64,000 nucleotides of DNA from Candidatus Latescibacterota bacterium (GTDB lineage: Bacteria > Latescibacterota > UBA2968 > UBA8231), in NCBI GenBank assembly GCA_963422735.1, contig OY730476.1, forward strand, positions 1,568,001-1,632,000. Reading direction: 5' to 3'. The notes under the pieces were generated by a model, which was not told where the DNA came from, made no database searches, and saw only the letters and a list, made by a program, of their open reading frames with translations. This document shows positions 9,490 through 19,397 of the stretch, one piece after another. Numbering within the stretch: position 1 is the first letter of the stretch; every line of letters starts with the position of its first letter. The position numbers and the translations under genes were made by a program.

Positions 9490-11745
9490 ATGCGAACAGC
9501 TTTTCGATCTGCTTGCCTCGTAGGCGGCCTCTTGCTCGCCGCTTTCGCGGCGGGAAAATCAGCGGTTGCGGAAGTCGTGGTCATCGGCGGTGCAGAGGGC
9601 CTGAGTTGGGAGAGCGGCGGGGGCGATCTCCCAGCCGCGGTCATCCGCAGCACGACGGCGATCGAAAAAACCAACGCCCCTGGGGGCGTCATCGACTTCA
9701 AGCCCGAGGGCCGGCCCCGCTTCATCGCTCCCCAGCGCGCCGATACCACCCGCAACATAGCGGTCGGCATTAACTCGCCATTGCGCGGCGGGAGCATTGA
9801 GTCGCCGAACAATCGCTCCATTGGCGCGGCCTTGGCCAGTTTGATCGACAACGACGGCGACACGGCCTTGGACATGCGCGCTTCCGGAGGCACCCAAAGT
9901 GCCCGGGTACTGGGGCTAATCATCGACTTGGATCTCGGTGCGCGCTTTGGCCTCAACCGCTTCAAATTCTTTCCGCGCAACGGCGACCCGGATTTCCCTT
10001 CGGTAGGATTTCCCTTCCAAAACGAATTTTTACGGGGGTATGAGATTTTCATCAATGATGGCACGCCGGAAAATTTCTTTGAAGGTGTGCCAATTTTGCA
10101 AACCGTCGCGGTCGAGACCCAAAACGACCAATCCGTGGTGGATGTGCGTATCCCTCCGCAATACGTGCGCTTCGTGCGGCTGAAGGTGCTGACCGCGGCC
10201 GGCTTCGACATGGCCGAGTTCCAGATTTTTGGCACGGGCTTTGTGCCCGAAGCGAGCTATGTGTCCAATATTTTTGACTTTGGCGACTTGGCCTTGTTCG
10301 GCAACTTGCGCTGGATCCAAGACGCGGAAGGCGACGCGAATCTGTCCAGCTTGCGGATTCGCACGCGTACGGGCGTGGATCCGAACCCGGTCGAATTCAA
10401 CAAGGTGCGCCCGGGTGAGCGCATCTTCCGCGTGGGTGGCGGCGCCCAAGCCGGCAATCGGTCGGGCACCTCGACGGCCAATGTGGAGGTGCCGTGGAAG
10501 TGGGCTGAGGACGTCGACGATGCTGAGTTAAAGGGCTTGGTCGAAGACATGCTGGACAACGACGAGGTGGATGTGCGCGAGGCGATTGGGGTGTTCAAGG
10601 ATCTGCCGTTGAACCAGCAGGCCCTCATCACCCTCGACGAGGCCGATTACAGCGCGCTGCGGGGCGAGGACAAAGGTACCATCCGCGACGATGTCAACAA
10701 CTGGAGCGGCTGGTCGCCTCCTTATCCAGCGTCCGGTATCGTCGGCCAAGACCAGCTCCCAATAGATGGTGCCGGCGTCCCAATTACCTCGCCTGGCCCC
10801 CGGCGCTACTTCCAGTTTTCTATCGACTTTTTTAGCGATGACTTCGAGTCGGCGGCCGCAGTCGGCGGCTTGGCCTTTGACGTGATTTCGTCGCCCTTTG
10901 CCCAAGAGTTGATCGCCGAGATCTCACCGCGCTCAGCGGCCGTGGGGAAGAACACCCGGTTTTTGTACGCAGTGCGCAACAAGTCCTCTGGTCAGCAGCG
11001 CGGCTTTGACGCCTTTGAGATCGAGACCCCCTTGCGCGTCGAGTCCATTGGGCGCGTGCGAATCCAGCGGCCCGGTGGCGAGGTGCAAGAGGCGGATTTT
11101 TCTGGTGCGCCACTGGCGAGCTTGCCCCAGGCCAGCAATGGTATCTCCATCGACGAAGTGCGCGACGACCGCTTTGCTATCTCCTTCCCGCTCATAGAGG
11201 AAGATGGGACGGTCTTGGAGGTGGAATTCGACAACGGGGTGTTGCGCTTTGGCACAACCTTTGTCGGCCGCGCCTTCAACCGCTCGGTCGAGACGACCAT
11301 CGGGCAGGGCGTCGTGGCTGGCAATGCTGCCGACTTGAGCCAGTCTGGCTTTGCCGACTCCGATATCCAACCGGTGGGCACACCGATAGCGGAAAACCTT
11401 TCGGTGGCCGTGCCTATTAGCAAGGAGCTCTTGGCCAATCTGGCCGTGAATTCGCCGGTGTTTACGCCCAACGGCGATGGGGTCAACGACCGTGCCCTCA
11501 TCCAGTACGACATCACCAATATCGTGCGGCCCTCGCCGGTGAAAGTCTCGATTTTCGATCTGTCCAGCCGCTTGGTCCGAGCCTTAGTCGATAGCGAGGC
11601 TATCAGTGGCCGCTTTGTCCAGCCTTGGGACGGCCGGGACGACGACGGGGTGTACGTGCCGCCGGGGCATTATGCTTTTAGCGTCTCGCTACAAGCCGGC
11701 ACGGGCCAAGTGAGGGAGATCGGGGTTATAGGGGTGGCTTACTAA
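9490..11745 (+). CDS. Secreted protein with jelly-roll-like core and FlgD-Ig/CHU_C-like C-terminal domain
   Basis: Signal peptide, DLDLGARFGLNRFKFFPR, AEFQIFGTG, C-terminal VFTPNGDGVND...IFDLSSRLVR...WDGRDDDG..VPPGHY. Confidence 0.85.
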   Translation: MRTAFRSACLVGGLLLAAFAAGKSAVAEVVVIGGAEGLSWESGGGDLPAAVIRSTTAIEKTNAPGGVIDFKPEGRPRFIAPQRADTTRNIAVGINSPLRGGSIESPNNRSIGAALASLIDNDGDTALDMRASGGTQSARVLGLIIDLDLGARFGLNRFKFFPRNGDPDFPSVGFPFQNEFLRGYEIFINDGTPENFFEGVPILQTVAVETQNDQSVVDVRIPPQYVRFVRLKVLTAAGFDMAEFQIFGTGFVPEASYVSNIFDFGDLALFGNLRWIQDAEGDANLSSLRIRTRTGVDPNPVEFNKVRPGERIFRVGGGAQAGNRSGTSTANVEVPWKWAEDVDDAELKGLVEDMLDNDEVDVREAIGVFKDLPLNQQALITLDEADYSALRGEDKGTIRDDVNNWSGWSPPYPASGIVGQDQLPIDGAGVPITSPGPRRYFQFSIDFFSDDFESAAAVGGLAFDVISSPFAQELIAEISPRSAAVGKNTRFLYAVRNKSSGQQRGFDAFEIETPLRVESIGRVRIQRPGGEVQEADFSGAPLASLPQASNGISIDEVRDDRFAISFPLIEEDGTVLEVEFDNGVLRFGTTFVGRAFNRSVETTIGQGVVAGNAADLSQSGFADSDIQPVGTPIAENLSVAVPISKELLANLAVNSPVFTPNGDGVNDRALIQYDITNIVRPSPVKVSIFDLSSRLVRALVDSEAISGRFVQPWDGRDDDGVYVPPGHYAFSVSLQAGTGQVREIGVIGVAY

Positions 11746-11771
11746 TTGCTCAATAAATAGGGAGAGATGAT

Positions 11772-14555
11772 TTGCAAGCGTTTAGACTATGGGGGCTGAT
11801 TGGTTGGGCCACGCTGGTGCTGGCGGTCGGAACGGCTGAGGCCCAAGAGTATGGCAACCGCTTAGGTCGTCAGCGCGGCGGGGCAGTCAGCTTTGAGCCG
11901 CGCGGGCCTGGGGTCCTGTTTGGCGCGCTCGATCCAGCAGTCAAGAAATGGTACATTCCCCAAGAGCTTTTCAACGAATATGGCTGGCGACAGTGGGAGT
12001 ACTCCAACTACGCTAGGGACGAATTCCGACGCTACGTCAACATCCACCGCGAAGGCGATTACTTCTACGATTTCTACGGCAACTTCATCGGCCGCGGCTG
12101 GCTGATTTACGACTGGAGCCAAAACCAGCCCGGACAGCTCGGTAGCAGCATCTTCCAGAACGCCCGTTTCGACTCTTGGTTCAACGGGGTCACCATTGGC
12201 GGCGACTCGCAGAGCCAATACTACTATTCCATTACGGTCGGCAATCTGCTGCGCACGACTCTCACGCCGATGACCTTCTCTAGGCCCCGTTACAATGGCG
12301 TCCAGATCGACTTCATGGCCGACAAATACGCCGGCACGATCCTCGCCTCGCGAATCAGCGACCCGATCTTGGGCGAGACTAGGGAGCCGGAGACCCGCAC
12401 CAATACCACTACCATGTTCGGCGGCCGCGGCACGGTCCAGGTCGGCGACTTCATCGAGGTGGGTGCGACCCTAGTCGATGCCCGCAATACCAACACCACG
12501 CTCGACCTGTTCAGTGGCGACTTGATCGCCGGCAGCCTCACTTCCGGCCAGAGCAGCACTCCGCTGACGGCCATTGCCATCATCCTCAGCGACGACACGC
12601 CCGAGGATGGCGAGGGGGGCGCGGCTTTGTTCCGCCACAAGGTGCACATCATCAGCCGCGACTTCGAGACGAACAAAAAACAGGCTTTCGAGGCGGAGGA
12701 GGTCGTCCGTGCCGGCGCGGAGTGGCCGATTAAATTCGGTGGTTTTGAACGTCAAGGTTACACGGCCGCCGACGGCAACGAGCGCATCGTCCTCAACTAC
12801 GACTTCAACGATCCGGCGTATATCGGCCCAGACCCCACCTCGATCGTGGCGGTGGAATTCGAATACGTCTTGGGCAATGACTTCAAGGTGGAGATGTGGT
12901 CCGACCGGCAGACGGGCCGCCGCGCCATGCCCTCCGCGCCCCTGAGTGCGGAAACCATAGACGCCAGCGAGCCAGCACTGATTACCCTACGGCGAGCCGA
13001 GGGCAACGTGAAGGACATTTCCAATCTCCAACTCGTCAAATTTGACTACGGCCTGCCGACGGGCAACCTAGTCGGCGGATTTACGGTGGAGGGCAAAGGG
13101 CTATGGGGATTTGACTTCTACGGAGAGTGGAACCGCAACAAGCGCTACTTTCAGTATCCCAACGCCGCGCTGTTTACGGCTGGCAAGAACCACAAAATTG
13201 CCACTGAGCAGTCCGACGCTTGGTTTTTCAATCTCTCCCGTCAGTTCCATCCGTGGTTCTTCTTCGGCGAGATCTATGCGATGGACGACGCGTATTCGAC
13301 CACAGCTTTTTTGGTAGATGCCAACGGCGACATCCAATACGATAATTCCCAGCGCAACTTCTACGAGTTCGTCGAGGACAACGACGACCAAGACCAATAT
13401 CCCGACTGGATCCGCGCGGGTTCGGCCAACGATCGGCTCATCTTTCCCGGGTGGGACGAGAATAACGACTTTATCTCGGATTTCAACCAAAACGACAATG
13501 GCACAGTCAACAATCTCATTCCGGACTACGAAGAGCCTTTCTTGCGCTATGCGGTTGATCGGCCCGAATTCCTCTTTGGCATCGACCTGAACAACAACGA
13601 TTGGATCGATCGCTTTGAAGACGACGACTTACCGGATTACCCCTACAAGACCGACCGGCAGGGCTATAATGTGTTCGCCGGTGCCGAGCTCGTACTAGGG
13701 ATGAGGCTGACCTTGGGACAGGCGGACGAGCAGATGATTTCGGCCGACCGCTCGAATCGCGTTCAGTACGCGCTCTTTACCTTTGACCGAGACGTGCCGG
13801 GCGTAGGTCGTTTGCGGGTTTTTGACTCGCTGAAAAAGGTCGCCGACACCATTCCAGACGACCGGCGCGCCCCCACGCCTTATGTCGATGCCCCACCGAT
13901 CCAACCCCTCGTCCCCGATATCTTGCCGGCCCAAGACACTTGGGTCAATTCACTGTGGCTCGGGTTCGACTACGCGGGCATTGACCGGCTCAACATCACC
14001 AACAAGTTCAAATACGAATTCTATCGCCAAAAACAAAACGATCCACGCGATATAGATGGACGCCGCCTACGCACCGACACGAGTTTCTTCGGCTTGATCA
14101 ACAAGTTCGACTACACCTACGACGTAGGTCCCTTTAGTCTCCAGCCCAAATTCAAGAGCGAATACTTGCGGCGTACGCCATTTTTGGCGCAAGAGGATGA
14201 GCGCAAAGGGTGGACCGGCAGCTTCATGCTGCTGGCTCAACTGCCGGTGCTTCAGCACACCGTGCTGATGGGGGGGATAGAGCAACTGCTGCTGCGGGAT
14301 TTGATGCGCGACGAGGACGCCATGGTCGCCAGCGGCGTCACCACGGAAACGGGCGACTTAAGCAGCATAAACGTGGCGGTGCAGTTATCCAATACTTCGG
14401 ATTATATGGGTTATCGCCTGACGCACCAGCTCGGTCTGCGCTACGGCCGCACTCAGACCGAGCTGGTGCGAGAGACAGACAGCGGTTTTGCCAAGGGCAG
14501 CGAGAGCAGCAATTCGACGACTAGCTTCATCACCGTGTATGCCGGAATTCAGTAA
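11772..14555 (+). CDS. Large secreted, putative outer-membrane beta-barrel protein (uncharacterised family)
   Basis: TTG start after GGAGA, signal peptide, amphipathic strands, ends FITVYAGIQ. Paralog of the next gene. Confidence 0.8.
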   Translation: MQAFRLWGLIGWATLVLAVGTAEAQEYGNRLGRQRGGAVSFEPRGPGVLFGALDPAVKKWYIPQELFNEYGWRQWEYSNYARDEFRRYVNIHREGDYFYDFYGNFIGRGWLIYDWSQNQPGQLGSSIFQNARFDSWFNGVTIGGDSQSQYYYSITVGNLLRTTLTPMTFSRPRYNGVQIDFMADKYAGTILASRISDPILGETREPETRTNTTTMFGGRGTVQVGDFIEVGATLVDARNTNTTLDLFSGDLIAGSLTSGQSSTPLTAIAIILSDDTPEDGEGGAALFRHKVHIISRDFETNKKQAFEAEEVVRAGAEWPIKFGGFERQGYTAADGNERIVLNYDFNDPAYIGPDPTSIVAVEFEYVLGNDFKVEMWSDRQTGRRAMPSAPLSAETIDASEPALITLRRAEGNVKDISNLQLVKFDYGLPTGNLVGGFTVEGKGLWGFDFYGEWNRNKRYFQYPNAALFTAGKNHKIATEQSDAWFFNLSRQFHPWFFFGEIYAMDDAYSTTAFLVDANGDIQYDNSQRNFYEFVEDNDDQDQYPDWIRAGSANDRLIFPGWDENNDFISDFNQNDNGTVNNLIPDYEEPFLRYAVDRPEFLFGIDLNNNDWIDRFEDDDLPDYPYKTDRQGYNVFAGAELVLGMRLTLGQADEQMISADRSNRVQYALFTFDRDVPGVGRLRVFDSLKKVADTIPDDRRAPTPYVDAPPIQPLVPDILPAQDTWVNSLWLGFDYAGIDRLNITNKFKYEFYRQKQNDPRDIDGRRLRTDTSFFGLINKFDYTYDVGPFSLQPKFKSEYLRRTPFLAQEDERKGWTGSFMLLAQLPVLQHTVLMGGIEQLLLRDLMRDEDAMVASGVTTETGDLSSINVAVQLSNTSDYMGYRLTHQLGLRYGRTQTELVRETDSGFAKGSESSNSTTSFITVYAGIQ

Positions 14556-17506
14556 TGGGTGCGCCGCGAGCTAAATGCGCATTGCTACTGGGCGTCGTAG
14601 TCCTGTGTGCCCTTGAGGTCGGTGCCCAGACAGACTACGGCAACCGCCTTGGTCGCCGGGTTGACGAGCACCGCGTGTTCTCGGCCGCGGGCCGGTCGGT
14701 GCTGATCGACGCCCTGGACCCAACCATTCAGCGCTGGTACTTGCCGCAGGAGCTGTTTACCGAGTACGGCCGCCGCCAGTGGCAGTACACCAACTATGCG
14801 CGGGAACCTTTTCTCCGCTACGTGTCGCGCAGCCAAGAGGGTTTCTACTTTTACGATCCCTACGGCGATTTGATCACCCGCGGCTGGCTCATCTACGACT
14901 GGCGGCAGACCCAGCCGCTTACCAGTGCCAGCAATCAGCTCACCAAGCGCGGCGAGTACCTAAGCTGGTTCAACCGCCTTATCATCTCTTCGGACAGCAG
15001 CGGAGACTACAGCTATTCAATCGTGGTCGGGGATGAGCTTTTTACGACGCTGACGCCCCTGACTTTCCGCAAGACTGGCTTCAATGGCGTAGTGACTAGT
15101 TTGGCCAGCCAGCGCTTGCGGGCGACCGGGCTATTTTCGCGGATCTCGTCGCCGATTATCGACATCAGTGCGGATTTTCCGACTCGGCAGCTAGAAAACG
15201 CGACGAACCTATCGGCACTTCGCATTGAGGCCGATGTCGGCGATCACCTGACCTTAGGTACGACCTTTATCAATTCCCACAGCAACAACGGGGCCTTGGA
15301 GAGCTTCCAGGAAAGTCCCTTTACGGGTTTGCTGACCTCGGGCCAGTTAGACCGGCGGCTCGAATTACTGGTGGTGAGGCTGTTCGACGATTCGCCCGAA
15401 GACGGCGAGGGAGGTGCCGTCCTCTTCAGCGACGATGTGGAAATCACGACGACCTTGATGCGCGAGGTCGTCGCGGGCGACAGCGTGACTTTGGTGCCGC
15501 GGGATACGGTCATCACCGGCAGTAGCATAGGCTACCGCCCGTTGCGCGAAGGGGGCAAGCTGCGCGACGGCTTTCTCACGGCCGATGGCTCCGAGCGCAT
15601 AACGCTCAAATATCCGCTCGCAGTCGAAGATGGGGACGACGAAGCGGGGACCTTGCGTCTGCTATTGCAGCAGAGTTTGGGGCTGAGCTTGGCCGAGGCC
15701 GAGGACGCGGTGACCGCGATTAAGAAGGTACGCTTCCGGCTCATTCTGGCCAACGACTACCGAGTGGAGGTGGCGTCCGACCGACAGACTAATCCGGTGG
15801 ATCAGCCGCAATTTCTACAGGTCGCGCGAGCGGCAGGCAACATCAAGAACCGCCTCAACCAGCAAGAGGTGGCCTTTGACTACGGGCTGCCCACCGCGAG
15901 CCAGATATACGGCGTTACCGCTGAGATGCGAGATTGGTACGGGTTCGACTTCTACGGAGAATTCAACGTCAGCACCCGGTATCGCAAGCATCCCACGACG
16001 ACTCTAAAGAAGCACGAGGCCATCGCCGGCATTGTCGGAGACAAGCACGACGTGGCCTACATGGTCAACTTGGCGCGGAACATCGGCCCTTGGTGCTTTT
16101 TTTTCGAAGGCTTCGGCATGGACGACGGATACAGCACCAACGTGCGGCCAGTGGATGGCCGCGGCTTGGTTGACTACTCGCCCGAAGCCATCATCCAGTC
16201 CTATGACTTTGTCGATGACAACGACGACAACGACCGGCACCCAGATCAGTTGCGCCGCTTTCAGGGCAGTTTGATTCCCATTCCGGGTCAGACTTTCCGG
16301 ATCCGGGCCAACGGCGTGGCCGATCCAGCGGTTTTCCCCGGTTACGACGAAAACGGGGATTTCCTTTCCGATTTCAACCAAAACAGCAACGGCGAGCGGC
16401 AAAACTTCTTCCCGGACTACGATGAGCCTTTTCTGCGCTACGAGGTCGATCGGCCCGAGTTTCTCTTTGGCATCGATTTGAACAACAACGGCTGGGTCGA
16501 TCGCTTTGAAAACGACGAAGAGCCAGACTACCCCTATAAGAAAGACCACTGGGGCTACAATTTTTACACCAGCGTCCAAGTCAATCCCGAAATCCGACTC
16601 ACGGCCGGCCGCCTGCGCCAAGCCATGCACCAAGCCGCGCGCGACAACGATACCTTCTACGGGATCTTTACCTTTACCAAGAGCCACCCCACGCTGGGTC
16701 GCTGGCGGCTCTTCGACATGGTGCGGAAGGCCGAAGACAACATCGAAGATCACCTCGTGCAGTGGATCGTGCCCCGAGCGGAGTTCGGCCAATTCAGCGA
16801 GACAACGGGCAGCAATGTGCCCATGCCCGACCTATTGGCCGCCGAGAACACGTGGATCAACACGCTGTACTCGGACTGGGAGTACGACAGCCCTAGGGGC
16901 TGGAGCACCCGCCACCGGTTCAAAATGGACGTGTGGAAGCAACAGGAGGCCGAGGTGATATTGGCCCGGGACGAGGAGGACCGTGTGCTCTTAGACGACG
17001 AGGGCGCACCGGTGGTGGCCTTCGATCCCTTGGGCCCCGAGGGCCGCAATGGTCGCGAGTCGTCCAGTTTTGTCGGGTTGATAGACAAGGTCTCCTATGC
17101 GTTCTCGTGGAAGTCGATCGCCATTTCCCTGCGCATCAAAAGCGAATTTATGCATCAAATCCCCTTCAGCCGTAGCGCGCCGCAGGAACGCAGTTACGAC
17201 ATGCTCTACATAGTGCTGGCGAATTTCCCGATTCTCCACCGCTCTTATGTGCAGCTAGGAATTGAGGGGCGCTATTTCTACGACCTCGAAGGCGACGAGA
17301 GGCAACTCGCGGCCGGAGAGCGGACTGGCGACTTTCGCGGCACGGTCTTGGCCTGCCAACTGACGAGCACTCGTGCCTATTCTGGATACGAGTTGACCAC
17401 GCAGATGGGGGTTCGCTTCGACCGTCGCTCGTTGGAGGTCAAAGATGGAGATGGGGAGCGGAAGACCTCGGGCCTAGTGTTCCTTTCGGTATTTGCCGGA
17501 TTGTAG
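14555..17506 (+). CDS. Large secreted, putative outer-membrane beta-barrel protein, paralog of 11772-14555
   Basis: Shared YGNRLGR, ALDP...WY.PQELF.EYG.RQW.Y.NYAR and PDY.EPFLRY.VDRPEFLFGIDLNNN.W.DRFE. TAATG stop/start overlap. Confidence 0.8.
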   Translation: MGAPRAKCALLLGVVVLCALEVGAQTDYGNRLGRRVDEHRVFSAAGRSVLIDALDPTIQRWYLPQELFTEYGRRQWQYTNYAREPFLRYVSRSQEGFYFYDPYGDLITRGWLIYDWRQTQPLTSASNQLTKRGEYLSWFNRLIISSDSSGDYSYSIVVGDELFTTLTPLTFRKTGFNGVVTSLASQRLRATGLFSRISSPIIDISADFPTRQLENATNLSALRIEADVGDHLTLGTTFINSHSNNGALESFQESPFTGLLTSGQLDRRLELLVVRLFDDSPEDGEGGAVLFSDDVEITTTLMREVVAGDSVTLVPRDTVITGSSIGYRPLREGGKLRDGFLTADGSERITLKYPLAVEDGDDEAGTLRLLLQQSLGLSLAEAEDAVTAIKKVRFRLILANDYRVEVASDRQTNPVDQPQFLQVARAAGNIKNRLNQQEVAFDYGLPTASQIYGVTAEMRDWYGFDFYGEFNVSTRYRKHPTTTLKKHEAIAGIVGDKHDVAYMVNLARNIGPWCFFFEGFGMDDGYSTNVRPVDGRGLVDYSPEAIIQSYDFVDDNDDNDRHPDQLRRFQGSLIPIPGQTFRIRANGVADPAVFPGYDENGDFLSDFNQNSNGERQNFFPDYDEPFLRYEVDRPEFLFGIDLNNNGWVDRFENDEEPDYPYKKDHWGYNFYTSVQVNPEIRLTAGRLRQAMHQAARDNDTFYGIFTFTKSHPTLGRWRLFDMVRKAEDNIEDHLVQWIVPRAEFGQFSETTGSNVPMPDLLAAENTWINTLYSDWEYDSPRGWSTRHRFKMDVWKQQEAEVILARDEEDRVLLDDEGAPVVAFDPLGPEGRNGRESSSFVGLIDKVSYAFSWKSIAISLRIKSEFMHQIPFSRSAPQERSYDMLYIVLANFPILHRSYVQLGIEGRYFYDLEGDERQLAAGERTGDFRGTVLACQLTSTRAYSGYELTTQMGVRFDRRSLEVKDGDGERKTSGLVFLSVFAGL

Positions 17507-17518
17507 GGGCGGGAAGCG

Positions 17519-19273
17519 ATGACGACCACCGCGCAGCAGGGCTGGATCATCAGCCGCCAATGGGATTTCTTGTTTTTCATTGGCACCCCGCTGCTTTCTC
17601 TCGCGGTGCTGCTGCTCGCCGCCAACTACTTCACCTCTGCTGACATAGCTCTCTTTGTGCTGGCCTTTTTCGCGGTGGGGCACCACCTACCCGGGCTGAT
17701 GCGTGCCTATGGCGAGCGGGAGCTGTTTGGCCGCTACAAGACCCGCTTCATCGTCGCTCCGCTGGTGATCGCTTCCTTCGTTAGCTGGAGCGTGTTCAAC
17801 GGCCATCTCGGGTTTTTTATTTTCTTGGCCCTGTGGGACATGTGGCACTTCTTTATGCAGCACTACGGCTTCATGCGGATCTACGAGGTCAAGCGACGCC
17901 GACCCTCGCAGTTGAGTGCGCGGCTGGACTGGTGGCTGACGGCCGTCTGGTTCGGATACGTGATAGCAGCCAGTCCCCACTATCTGATCAATTTTTTAGA
18001 GCGCTGCCACCGCTATGGCTTTGGGCTGTACTCTTGGATCAAGCCCGAATACGTCTTCTCGCTGCGGGATGCCTTGTTGTACTTGGCGCTGGTCTTGTCA
18101 GTGGTCTACATCGGTAACATGGTCGTCGAAAGGCGTCGCGGTGCATCCATCGTCTGGCCCAAGCTGGCGATTTCGGCCACTACGTTCGCCACGGTCTATT
18201 ACGCTTACATCATTCTCGAAGACGTCATCTTGGGCTATGCGGTCACCGCGCTGGCACACGATATTCAGTACTTCGCCATCGTGTGGATCTACAATCACGG
18301 AGTGCTCAGGCGCTCGCGTGACTTGGGGCGGTCCTTCTTTCGCTTCCTATTCGCCGATGGGCGCTTGCGGATCGTCCTGTTTTACCTAGTGCTGATATTG
18401 GCGTACGGCGGCATAGAGGCCCTCGCACGGGCGACCCAGAACTTCCTGATTTACGATATAGTCAAGGTGCTCATCGCCACCTCGGCCTTTATGCACTACT
18501 ACTACGATGGGTTCATGTGGAAGGTCGGCAAGAAAGAGATCCGGCAGAACTTGATAGACGAGGCTTCCGCAGAGGCGCCGCGTGAGGAGGCCCTGCCGCG
18601 CCGTGGCTGGAACGCGCTAGCGATGCGCTGGCAGAAGGCGCGGGCGCAGTGGACGGTGCTCTCCTATGGGTTTGAGACCGGCAAGCAGGTGCTGTACTTT
18701 GGGGTGCCCATCTTCTTCTTGGCTTGGACCGACGCCCAGTATTCGCTGTCGGACGTAAACGCCAAAGAATACTTGGCCCGGCTGGCACCGAGCGTGGCCA
18801 AAGCCCACGACGACTTGGGGGTGGCCTATAGTAGGCAGGGGGATTTCGACCGCGGCATCTCCGCCCACCAACAGGCCATTGCCGCGGATTCTACTTATGC
18901 CCAAGCCTATACGCACTTGGGGATCGCCCATTCGCTCCAAGGCGATATAAAGGCCGCCATCGGCCTGCACCAACAGGCCATCGCGCTAGATCCCGAGCTG
19001 GCGCAGGCCCATTTCAACCTAGGGGTGGAATACACGAAAATGGAACGACTCAGGGAGGCGATTGGCGAGCTTGAGCGCGCGGTGTCCTTAGACGCGAACT
19101 ACGACCGTGCCCACTTGGCCCTCGCGCAGACGTACAAAAAGATGGGTAACCAGCCCCTCGCAAAAAGGCACTGGAACCGGGCACGCCACTTGCAGGCCTC
19201 CGCACAGCGGAAGGATTTGAGCCTCAGTGCCATGCCTTGGGCTACCGGAACGCCGCTCAAAGGCGATTCTTGA
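17519..19273 (+). CDS. Polytopic membrane protein with four His motifs, fused to C-terminal TPRs
   Basis: Many TM segments with GHHLPG, WHFFMQHYG, HDIQY and HYYYDG. TPRs AHDDLGVAY, AYTHLGIA, AHFNLGV, AHLALAQ. Confidence 0.85.
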   Translation: MTTTAQQGWIISRQWDFLFFIGTPLLSLAVLLLAANYFTSADIALFVLAFFAVGHHLPGLMRAYGERELFGRYKTRFIVAPLVIASFVSWSVFNGHLGFFIFLALWDMWHFFMQHYGFMRIYEVKRRRPSQLSARLDWWLTAVWFGYVIAASPHYLINFLERCHRYGFGLYSWIKPEYVFSLRDALLYLALVLSVVYIGNMVVERRRGASIVWPKLAISATTFATVYYAYIILEDVILGYAVTALAHDIQYFAIVWIYNHGVLRRSRDLGRSFFRFLFADGRLRIVLFYLVLILAYGGIEALARATQNFLIYDIVKVLIATSAFMHYYYDGFMWKVGKKEIRQNLIDEASAEAPREEALPRRGWNALAMRWQKARAQWTVLSYGFETGKQVLYFGVPIFFLAWTDAQYSLSDVNAKEYLARLAPSVAKAHDDLGVAYSRQGDFDRGISAHQQAIAADSTYAQAYTHLGIAHSLQGDIKAAIGLHQQAIALDPELAQAHFNLGVEYTKMERLREAIGELERAVSLDANYDRAHLALAQTYKKMGNQPLAKRHWNRARHLQASAQRKDLSLSAMPWATGTPLKGDS

Positions 19274-19397
19274 GACTGAAAGAGAAAATGCTTGACAAAA
19301 AAGGTGACTCATTATTTTTTAGATACTTTTGCATTATGCGTCTTAAAAGGGCGTTTTTCATCATTCACTCAACCAACAATAGATAGGGGGTTGTAGC

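Noticed and set aside
19292-19318. TTGACA boxes at 19292 and 28738 as promoters
   Set aside because: A good -35 but no convincing -10 at 16-18 nt spacing, so not listed as features.
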